Shown: one piece after another, positions 39,865 to 53,400 of the stretch | Layout of the letters: every line of letters starts with the position of its first letter | Numbering within the stretch: the first letter of the stretch is position 1 | Source: Auanema rhodensis | Taxonomy: Eukaryota > Animalia > Nematoda | DNA length: 64,000 nucleotides | Direction of reading: 5' to 3' | Assembly: GCA_964057225.1 (NCBI GenBank) | Contig: OZ059895.1 | Location: 6,634,001-6,698,000 of the forward strand | Position numbers and translations under genes: made by a program | The notes under the pieces: generated by a model | Told to the model about the DNA's origin: nothing | Database searches by the model: none | Seen by the model: only the letters and a program-made list of their open reading frames with translations

Positions 39865-42800
39865 TTATGACGGGGAGTATACTTTTTTCGGTCGGCCACG
39901 GGTTCGTTTGGGAGGTGAGACAGCCTGATTCAATATACAATGTGAATTGCTCATTTCTCCTTCAACTTACGACAGCAGGTTTTTCTCCATCACCATTCTC
40001 ATCTGCATCCAGGTGTGATTTCACTTCTTGTACATCAATTAATTCATCGTTAGAACTGGGTTCCATATTTTTATCATCAGCGGAAGACAATCCTAAAATT
40101 AGAAACATATAGCATAATTTTCTAGCATCATGATACCTTCCGCTTGAACGAGATCATCAGGTATATTTTTAATATCTGTTGGAACACCTTCCTTTGGTAT
40201 AGCATCATAAGTTGTAGGATAAGACGAGGTGACTGGAACTTGTTCATCAGCCACATGCACTACTTTACGGAACTAGAAGAAAACAGAATATTAAGAATAA
40301 CTTTACAAAACTGGAACCTTTTTCATAGTTCTCCTTACAATCACCATTTCGCCATTCTCTCCTCTTCGTAAAAACATTGCTTGACGAATATTACCACTAA
40401 AATTACAATATTAATCATCGATAACTTTATAATTCATAATGAAACATACTCAGGATTGGTATTTATACTATGTTTAGCTTTAGATACAGATATAGGGGCA
40501 AGTTTTAAAGTCTAAATTGGAAAAATATAATATATGAATTTCATCTTCTTACGTGTTTCCCTTTCTCTGGCTCTACACCCAAATCAGACAATTTAGAAGT
40601 AACAGGTGATCTTAGATATGCGATTTTTTCCGAATCTATAAGTGAATGAACATTAAAAAACAGTGATCCCCTGACGATACCGTTTCCTCTTGGAGCACAG
40701 AATGGATCAGCCATAACATCATCCAGAACCGAAGATATCCTAGTGAGATATTTTCTTGCTACATCTGGACGCCGACAATGTTGCATTCTTTGTTTTAACA
40801 ACTGTAAAACAAAATTATAAAATAAAATTTCAACATATACCTACATCACATTGAATTTCTATCTGATGCACAACATCATAAACATTCTTGTCTTCAAAGT
40901 TTGTCTTCGAAGAAACCTTTAATTAAAAAAATTATTGAATTAGCTTAATGTCTAAGCATACTTTTGATGGTGAAGGTAAACTGCAGCACGCATCAGCCAA
41001 TGAAGAACTCACTTTATTGTGGTCGTCAACAGCATCCATGAGCCATTGATCATTTGTCTCAGCTTCTATAAGAGCAGGACGGTTGTGTGAACAAAGAAAT
41101 AAAAATACTGTAAGATCATACCTACAGAAGAGGTACTGGGTTGAAGTGTTAAATCACCATTGTTCGACTTGTAAGCTATATAACGCTGCCTATCACCATG
41201 TGTAGGTACTGTCGCTAACTGATTTGACTCAAGAACTTCTACATAAAATTACATGCATTCAAAATTGAAAGATAACGTACTTGGCGGCATCACTCGCTTA
41301 ATTCTTTGGAGGGAACTAGAGGACTTCAATAAAAGTTGTGTACGCTGTCGTCGCGCTTCTAAATCTTTCATGAAAACTTCCGGTGAATAATACTCATACA
41401 GCGGTTGTCTACATACATCAGGCAAAGGAGAATCACCTTGAAGAAATACATATCGAGAAAATTGTTTTTGTTTACAAACCAGAATGGAAAATATGATCTA
41501 GGCAATAGTCAACTACAATAGGTTTTATTTCTCGTCGTAGTATGTACTACAAAAGTATGCATTAGTAATATATTATAAGGTAACAAAACGAACCCTCCAA
41601 TCATGAACACGGACAAAGGCAGAACATTGTAAGCTAATAATTGCACCTTTACCATGATTGCATCTTTGTTGGCGATCATCAGATTGACATAAGTAATACA
41701 TATGTTCATCATATAAGCCAAGTTTCCGAAGTCGATATCTACTGTGCTGTTGTAACTCCCGAATCCATTGCTGAAGTAAAATGTTAAACTCAGCAGATAT
41801 TGTTTCTTAGTACGCACTTCAAACAAAGCAGCTTCAGGGAACGTATACCTTTCCACTTGAAGCTGTCTTTGATGCTGATAATCAAGATGATCGATCAGTA
41901 AATCATGAGATGGGGCAATGTCATTAGAATGAATTTCAAGATTACATTCAACGCATATTGACTGAAAGAAACAATAAAATTGATTTAAAGAACTTATGCC
42001 TTTTCGTACAGGTGGAAAAGCTTTTGTTCTGCGAAACTGAACAGTAGGGTCAACACGGGGCTGTTGTTGCGATAAGAAAACCTTACGACGTAGATTCTGT
42101 TGTTTTCTGATTTCGAAATGACGTCGAAAAATCTAGGAAGTGGAAAATAATATTGATATTTCTCCCCAAGGAACTTACAAGTTGTGTGCGATGCCTTTCT
42201 AATCTATCTTTAATAGTTTCGAAAGATGGGAAAAGATGGCCAATATCGGACTGCTCTGTGCGCACTTTATCAACTATTATCGTAATATTCATTTCAGTAT
42301 TAAGTGATGTGAATGACTAACCGTATGCATTATACAGAGCCAATAGATCTATATCAGTGAATTCTGCCATAAGTCTCAAGTCATAGATACATATACGAAG
42401 TCGAACCTACAATAATAATGATCCGCTTAGTATTCAGCTTCAAAAAAACTTGTTTATCATCGGAAACACATCCATGAATATGCTCAGAACGCAAACGAAG
42501 AGATTCAAAATTTGGCGAAGTTTTTATTGTTCCGGTGCATCCAGGATTAGCACATCGCCATATATTATTATTTTCTTCTGACTTAAATTAAAAACAAATT
42601 CACAGAAAAAGGAAACGTTAACCAACCACTCCAGCAATATTATAGATATAGCCATCATAAGCTAATTGTCTGCTACATTTTTTGGAGAAACAAATATAAA
42701 ATGTTTCTCCAGTAGTAAGTGATTTAGGTTGAGTCAATAAGTCAGGTAAATTCAATGTGAATACAGGTCTTCCATTTTTCATTTGGAGTAGGGAGTTGTG

Positions 42801-43091
42801 GTATGCTACAGAATCATCCAACCCTGAAATCAAAGCATCTTATTTTGAATTGAAACAGTTTATACCTTCTTCTACTTCTTCTACATAACCCTGTTCTACA
42901 TCTACTCCTCCAACTTCAATATAATGATTGCCAACATCCTTAACATTAACACAAAATAAGGAAAATATAATGCATTTATCCCTTACATCACCTATGACTT
43001 CTTCATGTGCAACATCATCATCCCACAACTCTTCAGATCCACCAAAATCAGCTAAATTGTTTGAATGATCATCCACAATTGTGGATGTCAT
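39865..43091 (-). CDS. Putative DNA-binding protein: FLYWCH finger, C2H2-like finger, C-terminal AT-hook
   Basis: FSKKCSRQLAYDGYIYN..IWRCANPGCTGTIKTSPNFESLRLRSEHIHGC (FLYWCH); ICVECNLEIHSNDIAPSHDLLIDHLDYQH; final exon PKRTRGRPKKVYSPS*. Confidence 0.75.
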
Positions 43092-44028
43092 ATCAAATGA
43101 GATCTTAAAAAAACTATTTAGGAATGCGTTATTGTTTTATTGAGCCCAGTATTGATCTGCTTTATTTGAGAAACTTTTATATATTTAAATTAGTATTTCT
43201 TGAATACATAAATATTAATACAATATTTTGAAAATTTTCCAAAGGTTATCAAGCTTTATGTATAATGTTTAAAAAAATAAAGGGCTGCATTCTAAAATTC
43301 ATCGGTCCTGCCACGATTTATTTCATACTCTACACACGTGCTGGGTATCAGCTGAGTGCGCATGTTTGTCATCGCTGTTTTCTTATTTATGTCTTATCTT
43401 TTTTATATTTAAATCACTTTTATATTACATATAATATACATATGATTGTCTTTACGGTGGAATGGGTTTCATATGCATTGACCACTTGTTTTTAGAGTGA
43501 AAATGATTTCGTTACACCATCATACAAATGCTGAGCAGAAAACTTTCTTGTATAGATTATTTATTTTCGCATTATTTAATAATTATAGATCATGAAAAAG
43601 AAAACAGCGTCGTCTTTTTTCCACCAATGCTATCGATTATATTTTTTCATTCAGCCCATGCTGTGTAGGTGATCAATAGAAAATTCTCTGTTGCCTATGT
43701 TGTTTGTGCCATCATGTTTTCTGGATTGACGAACAAAATTGTTAATATTATTGCTTCTATATGTTCCTTTGTAATCTGTAGCGACTGTCTATGAACCAAG
43801 CTTCAAAAAGATTAGATAGAGCAGATTACGTAGATAAATGTCCTTGGTTTGTACTAGTGAAGTTCAGTCCCTGTTTTCAAGCGTTCTCTCTCAACCCCCT
43901 AGTGCTCTTGCACTCGGAAGCTGTCCGTTCTCTCCTTTCATGGCCTACTCCTCCGCCAGTCGATTATTTTCTCCTTTTCTCTCCGCAACCATGATTTTGA
44001 TTCTTGTTTCATATTGCAGATTATCTTC

Positions 44029-44975
44029 ATGACTGATCACCTTAGAGCTTCAACTTCTGCTGGCGCTTTCCGCACCTTAGCTAATGAACTCAAAAGTCTT
44101 CAGTCGCAACCTGTTGAAGGATTCACTATTAATGTAAATGAAGACAATCTATTTGTATGGAATGTTGGTATTTATGGCCCACCAGCAACAATATATCAAG
44201 TTTGTTTATCATATATTGATGACTATTATATTTTCATTTTAAGGGCGGGTATTTCAAAGCTGTGATACGTTTTCCTCAAAATTATCCGTATGCGCCCCCT
44301 ACTGTTAGATTTTCTACAAAATTATGGCATCCTAATGTTTATGAGGTACATTTTCACTTTTTTTAAAATTTATAATCATTTCCTTAAAGAATGGTGACTT
44401 ATGCATCAGTATATTACACCCCCCTGTAAATGATCCACATAGTGGAGAACTTCCTTGTGAACGATGGAATCCAACTCAAAATGTTCGGTAAGGAAAAATT
44501 TAATTTTCATAAATGTATCGATTATTTTTAGCACTATACTACTTTCTGTGATATCTCTCTTGAATGAACCAAATACTTCCTCCCCAGCTAATGTTGATGC
44601 ATCAGTAGCTTATAGGAAGTGGAAAGATGGATCCGATCTTGAATACGCTAATATTGTTAGGTATAAAAATTGTTTTTCTTTTTGTCTTAAGTATTTGCAT
44701 CTATTTCAGAAAACAAGTTGAACAATCGAAAGCGGATGCAGAGAGAGACGGTATTCGAGTACCAGAGACTCTCGAAGAATATTGCATAAAATCTGTACCT
44801 ACGCCACAAGATGATGGCCTTGATGGATTTGAACTTGGTGAGTTTCGCAATGTTAATCCTTATTGTTTTATCTTTTACAGATGATGATATGTATGATTAT
44901 GGTGATGATAGTGATGGTGATGACGATGATTATGCCGATGATGATGATGTCGATTCGGGCCAAGGAGAAAATTAA
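44029..44975 (+). CDS. ubc-3: Cdc34/UBE2R E2 ubiquitin-conjugating enzyme
   Basis: [33 protein letters not shown]|[32 protein letters not shown] (Cdc34 insertion), [13 protein letters not shown], acidic tail ..[11 protein letters not shown]. Confidence 0.94.
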
Positions 44976-45369
44976 ATTTATTTTCTTACACCTAACCTCA
45001 TATTTGGTCTTTTCCGGTTTGCATGAGTATTCGGAAACAAAAAAAAACCGTCGTGTATTTTGTACATTCTTTTTAGGATTTTAAACGCATTATTATTTCC
45101 AATCCGCAACCTAGATATCAATTAAGAGGTCTTTTCAACATATTGTATAATATTTTCACGTGTGGCCTCATTGGTGTGTCTGTCTGTTTATGAAATACAG
45201 ACTTGGCTTTGCATTTAACCATTTTATATTGTGTGAACGATTTTGTGATGAATTTTTCTGTCATATTGTTTTCTGTTACTTTATTCTGGATTATGGTTTT
45301 TGCTATACCTACTCACTATCGACAACTATTTGTTCAATCATTTTTGAGTCCTTTCCTGCATGGTTTAGA

Positions 45370-45999
45370 ATGAGTAAACGACAGAACCCGTCGGAATTCT
45401 TGAAGCAGATTATCGGAAAGCCGGTTGTAGTCAAGCTAAACTCCGGTGTTGATTACAGAGGGATTCTAGCTTGTTTAGATGGGTAAGTCGAGTTCATATT
45501 TTTCAGACTTGAATATACTGTTCGGGGGGGGGGGGTGAGGCTATTTTATTAGGAAAAAGAATTGAACTTATTCATTTGCATTTGTAAACACTATCTTGCT
45601 TCATGTGTATGTGTAAGTGTAATAATATATGAGGAGACAGGAGAGATGAGGGGATGAAAGAGAAAGATGGAAATGAAAGACTTGGAGCAGAACCGGTCCT
45701 GTTCTGATCCTGTCGTTATAAGCTTCTGCTTTACGCATATATTGCGTAGGAATTTAGTCGCAATGACAGCAATGATTTATGGGAAAGAACGATTTTCTTC
45801 AATCCATTTTAGGTTTGGAGTAATGACCGAGATTTGAAAATTTGAAATAAAAAACACTTTCATCAAAACTTGTTTCAGCTTCATGAATATTGCTCTCGAG
45901 CAGACTGAGGAATACAGCAATGGCCAATTAAAAAACAAATATGGGGATGCTTTTATACGTGGAAATAATGTTCTTTATATTTCCACCTTGAAGCGATAG
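45370..45999 (+). CDS. lsm-6: U6 snRNA-associated Sm-like protein LSm6
   Basis: MSKRQNPSEFLKQIIGKPVVVKLNSGVDYRGILACLDG|FMNIALEQTEEYSNGQLKNKYGDAFIRGNNVLYISTLKR*; one 396-nt intron. Confidence 0.96.
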
Positions 46000-46483
46000 A
46001 CCTGATTTCAACTAGGCTGTTGTTGGCGGCACTTGTTTTTTGCCTGCTCGAGTGCTGGGTTAAAATTCTAGAATTGTTAGCCCATCACCTGTTTCCATAT
46101 TTTATTATATCATTACATTACCATTATGTTTATTGTTACATGTATTGTTTTCTCTGGATATCAGGATCTCTTAAATAAACGCAGGCTTCTCTTCATGTTT
46201 CAATAAGTTAATTTATTTTATCATTCGTTGTTATTTTATTCGAGTTATATTATTTAATTAATATGGGGATATCCATGTTATTAGACCAGTTCTTAAAAAT
46301 GCTTTCTAAAAATATTCAAGCTTGGGATACACAAGTTTTGAAATTGGTTCTGACACGAAAGATTACGGTAGTCTTTGCGAAAAGGCTTATGTTCCAATGA
46401 TCACTACGTATTTCTGAAACTTTTTCATCGTGATAATATTATAATTTTAAATTATACATACGTACTTCTAGATTGAGCGAGGA

Positions 46484-48957
46484 ATGTTACCTCTTCTTTC
46501 TCAACGAAACGTCGATCATAGAGTAGTACGCAAGTTGGTAAGTTTTTAAATATAAAATATGTCTTGGTGTTTTATGATTCACCGAGCGATTCTATCGCAA
46601 TGACGTATTTTGTCCCTTTGGAATCTACCAAAGGACTATTGAATCATTCCAGCAATAAGTCATAGTAGTACCGATAGAGCTTCTGTGATGATGTCGGTTG
46701 GTCCTCAACCCAGGGATCAGGCTACTGCAGCCTTATTTCAAAGAATTATTCGTGAGAAAGCTGTGGGTTTTGACTCTTAATTTGATGAAATATTAAAGTG
46801 ATTTATACAAATTTACCTTTTCAGCAAGAACGTGAATTGCTCAAATGTCCTCGTTGTTATGATCTCATGGAAGCCTTACCTCTCGAAATTGATGAGCAAG
46901 GTAACCAAACGATCTGGTGGGTTTGTAAGAGCACCGGAAAAAAAGTAAGTTGACAAAATAGTTATCATCATAATTTCGTATAAAATTTAGAAATGTGATT
47001 TTCCCCTTGACATGCCTTTAGCAGTGTTTTGGGTTAAAAGATCTCCTGCTGATATCAAGGATGGTTATATGCCAAGACCAAAAATAGAACTCTTACCAGA
47101 TCGTTACAAGTCAGTTTATATTTTATTGTTTTGTATTTTTATTTTATTTTCTCGATAGATATCTCTATCCTGCTCTTTTTGCCAATACCATGCGTCCATC
47201 TTCTCAATCACGCTGTGGTTCTGTTACTAGTCGATCAAGCACTGGTAATATTGCTTTCAAGCTTTGATCTTATAGTTTTTATTTCAGCTACTTTATCAAG
47301 TAGGAGTTCGTTACATACATGTGATATGCCTTTGTCTGGATTACCCTCACCACTAACACCTGCAACTAATGATTGGGAAGGATGTGCTGTATATTGATGT
47401 CTTTATTTCCTACTTCTATTTAAATTTATTTAGACTAATTCATCTTCATCTCAGCGTGGAGCTTCGGGAGACCTCTCCTCAAGAAACAGTTGTGAACCAT
47501 CTCCTTCAACTTCTGCTATAGCGGAGTTGAGTAGAGATGATGCTAAGGAGACTCTAATTGTTCCAAAAACTAAAACTGTCTCACGAAGTCTAAAAATTGT
47601 TCCTGACACTACATCAGAAACAAATCAATCTTCCTCACTTCCTCCTATACCTCGCAATAACACTAAGAGAAGTACATATAAATTCCATAGCTTTTTAAAA
47701 AATTTAAATTCAGGTGATACTTTTGATTCTGAAACTTATCGAGCTGTCCGAAAACGAGTAGACGAGCGAATAGCTCGGAGAAACAAGAACCGGACTAGAA
47801 ATACTGTTCTCGAAGGACAATCATTACTAACTCTTTACAGTCAGATTAAAAACATGGATTTATCAAAGTTAAACGTATGTTATTTTTTTACCTGTTATAG
47901 GTACTGCTTCTTTTTGATTCTTTAGGTTGAAGAATTGGAATCAATTCTGGAAAAATGTGATATGGATATGCGTTCAATAGGAGATCATTTTCTGAGCAAA
48001 AGAATGTAAAGTTTAAAATAAAATAATTTAAATATCATATAAATGTTTCAGGAGACGTGAACAAGATCGTGCTGATGTGTCTCGTGACTTTTATCAAACT
48101 CTGGATATCAGTAAAATCGAAAATCAAGTTCAAGAAAGAACTCCAGTTGATCGATTGGTTGGTTTTATTTCTGTGAAAGTTTAATAGTATGAGGTATTCA
48201 GAATATGCTTTATTCGTTACGAGCAGCTCATGATGGTAATTCTCTAATGGCTGCATTGGGTGCTGAAAGTCCTCAACGGCAAGCAGTTATTGTTGTCGAA
48301 CAGAGAGATCCGGGAGCAATGCAAGAATTTATCAAAGCACGAATGAAAGATATGGCTGTTAGTTTATTAAAATTTAGTTTTATAATAATTTTTTAAATAT
48401 TCTACTGAATTTCAGACTTTGATCTTGAAAAAGAAAAAAGAAGGATCTCGTTTGTTGATGAAAGCAGCTCAGGAGACTAATGGTCGAGCTTTGAGCAAGA
48501 AGAAAGCTGTTTCTCTCATTACTGATAGCAATAATGATCTCAGCGCTGAGGAGAATGAAAGGCGTAAAGCTGCAAAATTGGAGTACGAACACAAAACCAA
48601 AGCATTAGTTCAGAGCAAGGTAAGGACATCATTTAGGAGTTATGTACTTTTAATACTTAATAGGTGGCAGCGTATATGGAAGCGAAAAGAAAGAAAATTC
48701 TCGCATCTAAAGATCTCAAGCAAAAAACAGCTCAAAACATGGGATATATGGAGCCATTGGCTGATCCATGTTCTTATTCTCAGCAGTCAATGTGTGATCT
48801 CTTTGAAAACAGTTCTGTGTCAGAGCAGGGTGATCTGTTTCTTAGTGGTGATAACAATGATCTCCAATCTCATCATTCGTATTCATATGGAGATCTAGAA
48901 GAAAACCCTTTCTCTAATTTAGAGTTGAGTAATAATTATCTTGATTTTTCTATGTAG
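46484..48957 (+). CDS. Uncharacterised protein with an N-terminal Cys cluster (CxxC..WWxC..CxFPL) and a basic/coiled C-terminus
   Basis: Exons include LLKCPRCYDLMEALPLEIDEQGNQTIWWVCKSTGKK|KCDFPLDMPLAVFWVKRS, a Ser-rich middle, and ..NNYLDFSM*. Lies between lsm-6 and atg-5, the position of Y71G12B.13 in C. elegans as recalled. Confidence 0.75.
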
Positions 48958-49225
48958 GTTTCGGTATATGTAATGTGGGCTTTTGATACTCTCTTGATCT
49001 AGTTTTTATTTGTACTTGTAGATGTTAATCGTTTTGTAAGTAATTTTGTTATGTTGTAGGAATATTGTTTGTACACGTTGTTAATACTTCTCGTTCAATA
49101 TAACGAGTTCACTAAATAAAATTGTTGTTTTTATACAATTAAATCATTTTTTATTATTGGTTATTCTCCATTCTTAACTTCACAATTTAATTTTGAATAG
49201 GCACTATATATATTTGTATTTAGAC

Positions 49226-50424
49226 ATGGTATATGATTATGAGATATCAAGAAAAGTCTGGGAGACTAGGGTTCCTATTGAGTTTATTCTGAGCTCTGAT
49301 GAGCAACAAGGCAGGCCCTTATATGTTATGATACCTAGAATATCATATCTATGTCTTCAACTACCGAAAGTATGTTCTTAGTTTTATGGCTGTCAAGTTT
49401 AATGTTTAATTGGTAGATTATATCGTTCTTCTTTGGTGATCAGGATGAACGTGTGGACCCAGATACTATTTCGTTTGAATATTGTTCTCAGAATATAAAA
49501 GCGTATTATCCTGTTGGAGTTCTTTATGATATCTATAAACCTAAATCTGCTGAATTTTGGTCAATCAGTGTTAGGTAGGGATATTTACAGTGATATACAT
49601 CTTAAATTTTATCTTGCAGAAAAAATGATAAACCAACAGGATTAGCTTTAAGAAAAGATCAAATGGAACAAATGTATATGCAAACAGTTAAAGAAGCTGA
49701 TTTTATGAAAAGAAAGGGAGAGGTATTAGTGTTAAGTTGTTCTTAAAATCTTACATTTTATCAATTTTTAGGTTATTTATAGCATGCGTGATGAAGATCA
49801 CCGCCAATTATGGAACGGAATTGTTCACTGTGAGTATTTGTTGAATTTTTTTTGATCTGAAAGGGAAATTATGTTGCTATGCTGACTATATTCGAAATTC
49901 AAAATCTCGGATTCATCTTCTCTAAATGTGTTTCCCAAACCTGATTGAATATTATCAGAATAGCTGGAGGTTTTTACTTTTATCCCGCATCTGATTTTTT
50001 TTATTTATCTGATTTTGTTTCCTGTTTTTATTTGTTTAAATTTCAGATAATTTTGAAGAATTTTGGTTGGTCAACAAGCGTTTAATGAGAACAAGCGCTG
50101 AACAGTCTTTCATTCATATTCCTATTAGGTTGTATGAGGATGGGAAACCATTCAAACAGGTTCGCTCAGTTTTTTGCCAATACTTTCTACTTGAGCAATG
50201 AATTATCTTTTCAGTTACCAATCAAACCAACGGAAGAGTCCGGTGACGAGGCAACTCTGGCTTCTGCTTTAAAACTTCTTTGTCCTGATCTAGATATTAA
50301 TCAAACCGAAATATATACTCATGGCATTTTATTACCTTTAAACACTCCCTTAACATACTTGGCTGAAAATTTGGCTTATCCTGATAACTTTGTTCATATT
50401 TGTGCTATAAAAATCGAGTCATGA
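49226..50424 (+). CDS. atg-5: Autophagy protein ATG5
   Basis: MVYDYEISRKVWETRVPIEFIL..PLYVMIPRISYL, YYPVGVLYDI, MQTVKEADFMK, HRQLWNGI, HIPIRLY, HGILLPLNTPLTYLAENLAYPDNFVHIC. Confidence 0.94.
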
Positions 50425-53400
50425 CAGCATGAACTAGCCATTCACGACAAACAGCATCCGGGTTTATGTTGTATGTAAAGCTTATTTCCTTAGAAGTACG
50501 TGTTTCTATAATTATTATTCTTTATTGTCCATATTTGTATATTTCAAGATAAGTTTTTCCTGGGCTTATTTTTAATAAATTAACATAATTTTACTAACTT
50601 TTATTGTTTTGAGTCGTAGGATATATTGCAATATAAACTGCCTTTCTAAGCTACGGGTGAATGATTATCCAAGAATGATGATTCATATTCTGTTAATAGG
50701 TCAAACATCATCGAGTTCGTAGATTATAAGCTGTTAAAGTGTGGTTAACTTTTTTTCCTCTCATCAAAGATCAAGATTACGATTCAACACGAATGCTGGT
50801 TTTTGTTCTCCGAAGGCTTACAAGGTATGTGGTGTCCCTTACGAGTCTGCTGTATTTAGTCACTTTTTCTTTGTGATCTCATTTTGAGCTTTATATTGAA
50901 TTATATGCCCCAATTCGAAGCCACGCTGCCTTTATTCGGAGCTTTCATTGCATTCTTGGTTCTTCTTTTCCCAGATGTGTATATAATATATACTAACCAT
51001 GCCAATTTGCCGGAAATTAAATAGATCTTTGCTTCATATGAAGTTTTGAAGAAAAAAGAAGCTCTTTTATAAAATTCTCTACTTGCAAAAAAACTCTATC
51101 AGCCAGTTTATATGCTACTATTTTTATTAAAAAGAATATGTGTAGCAAAGTAGTTTATCAGAAAATTATGTAGAACATGCATAATTGATTAAGATAATAG
51201 TTTTTGGTCGTTTTAATTTTTCATCATTTCAGTGAATATATTTGCTTCTTAAACTTGAATATACAAAAATCGAAGTATTGCAGTAAAACTTATTGTTTTT
51301 CTATTGATTTTATTTGGTAAACTAAATGAAGAGGAGGGATTCAAATGAAGTGAGTAAATCACATTTAAATCAAATTAAGTTAGATTGTTAATATTGGTCT
51401 TTTTCTTTTCGTATGTTGTGGTCTACGTTAGTATATGCGAGGTCTTTTTGATTTTCTATATATCTTTACTACTTTGTCTTTCTAAGATATATGAGTATTT
51501 TGTTAATTATGATCTGATATGTTAGTTGATCATTGTGCCAGAGAATCTTTAAATTTTATGAATTCCTAGCTTTACTAAATCACTTCCATACGGTAATTGA
51601 ACTGGTTTACTATTTCAATTTGACTATGTAAAAAAAGAAAAATATCAAGTCACAAACAGAATGAAAGCTGATTTATTTGTTTGGTTTTGATGTTTTTAAA
51701 TTTTGTACTTGATCTTTGTGCCATAAAAGAGACAAGGTAAGAAAGATAGTGAATGGCTTGTGTTGTGGAAATGCAGCTATATATGCATGCAATGAACGAT
51801 TCTGCCAAAGCTTTGTACGTTTTCTCATGGATCTGAACCAGCTGATCCACATAGCCCGGGATTGGATTCAAATTCCTACCATATTAAGTATGCCCTGAGC
51901 AAATAAACAACATAGACTTATTGAAGCAGACTAGCTTCTGCCGAAAATCGTAGAGACAACACAGTTATAAGAGATAAAGAGAAAAAATTAGATTTTTTTC
52001 TGCCAATTGCTTGTCCTCTTAATGAGCCATCTTTTTTTAAAAGTTTACTAGGTTTTCTTAATTATCCCCTCTCATTATGTGACTTTTCAGTGAAAGTTAT
52101 GAATGAATTAGTAGAAATGCTTCAGTAATTGTATTTAAGATGATGTTCACTGATGATCTCCTCTTAGGACCCAGCCACGTCTCTTTTTAAAATTCATAAG
52201 TCTGGCGTTACTCCCGTTACCTTTGGTGTATAGTCTCTGTTTGAGCGCTGAGCTTCGTTTAAATATTTCGCATTTGAAGAGGTTTGAAAACACGAAGTTT
52301 TTGGCCAAGCTATGTTATCAAGTTGTGCTTTTATGTATTTCATCATGCTCGCTAAATTAATATTACTTGAATAGTGAAGTATGTGTCCATTTCAATAGAT
52401 GCAGAAACATGAAACACGTCATATATGTATATACATACATGTATATAGAAAAAGAAAGAAAGTAGGAAAAAGGAAGTAAAAATTAAAAACTGAGGACATT
52501 GCTTTAATGCCCGTCTTCAGTGTTGTTGTTTCTCTTGTTTCTACCAGTTACGGCTTTATTTTGAAGTTACTTTGAATACTTGATTATGAATAGCAGCCAG
52601 GGCTTTTTCAATTTCTCCGAACTTAAACTCAATTTCTCGTTCATCTTATTTTTATTTTAACATTTCCGTATCATATCATATTTCATGATTTCTGAATTCT
52701 AATTCATTTTGGACTCAATTTACAGAGCTCACTCATCACTCAAGATTACAAAACTTTTTTTGGCCTAATGATCTAAATTCATTTGCTGGCTTTGTATATA
52801 CGATTTCTAACTAATTAGAACGGACTTTATTGTTCATTTCTATGTTTTTTGAAAGGTTTCAGCTTAGCAATACTCTAAGATCATTGATCTATTAGGATGC
52901 TTCTAATCGTAGTTCCCAGGTTCACATCAACTGAAAATTTTTAAAAAAATCACCAACGAAAGAATGAGAGGTTCAGTTGAACTATAAGTAGAGAGTATAG
53001 AATGAGATGAAAAACTGATTTTAAGTGTTTTCAAATGAAGTTCTCTCATCTATTTGTACTTTTGTAATAAAATTTGCTTATGAGTATAGAGAGACAAGCA
53101 CATCAACATCTGTTTGTTGTATTCAACATGAAAACGAGGGAGGTCCACATGACAATGAGCATGTGAGAGAAAGAGAAAGAGAGAGAAAACTACATTCATA
53201 AAAGAGAAAAAAACCAACCAAATGAGTTAAGCTTGATTTCGTTTTGCTTCTTTGTCTATGCTGATCAGATTTCAACCTTGGAAAGCATTTCCATGAAAAC
53301 GTACTCTCGCAATTTTTTTTCAATTGTCCACTGCTGACTCCCAATTGCGATGAATTTATTTTTGCTTTATTTCTATTCTTATCAGATAGCTTTTTCAACA

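Noticed and set aside
50675-50735. Box C-like ATGATGA downstream of atg-5
   Set aside because: No CTGA box D or terminal stem at a suitable distance.
51650-51898. Overlapping 60-73 aa ORFs on both strands
   Set aside because: Non-ATG starts, no homology recognised and no linked exons.
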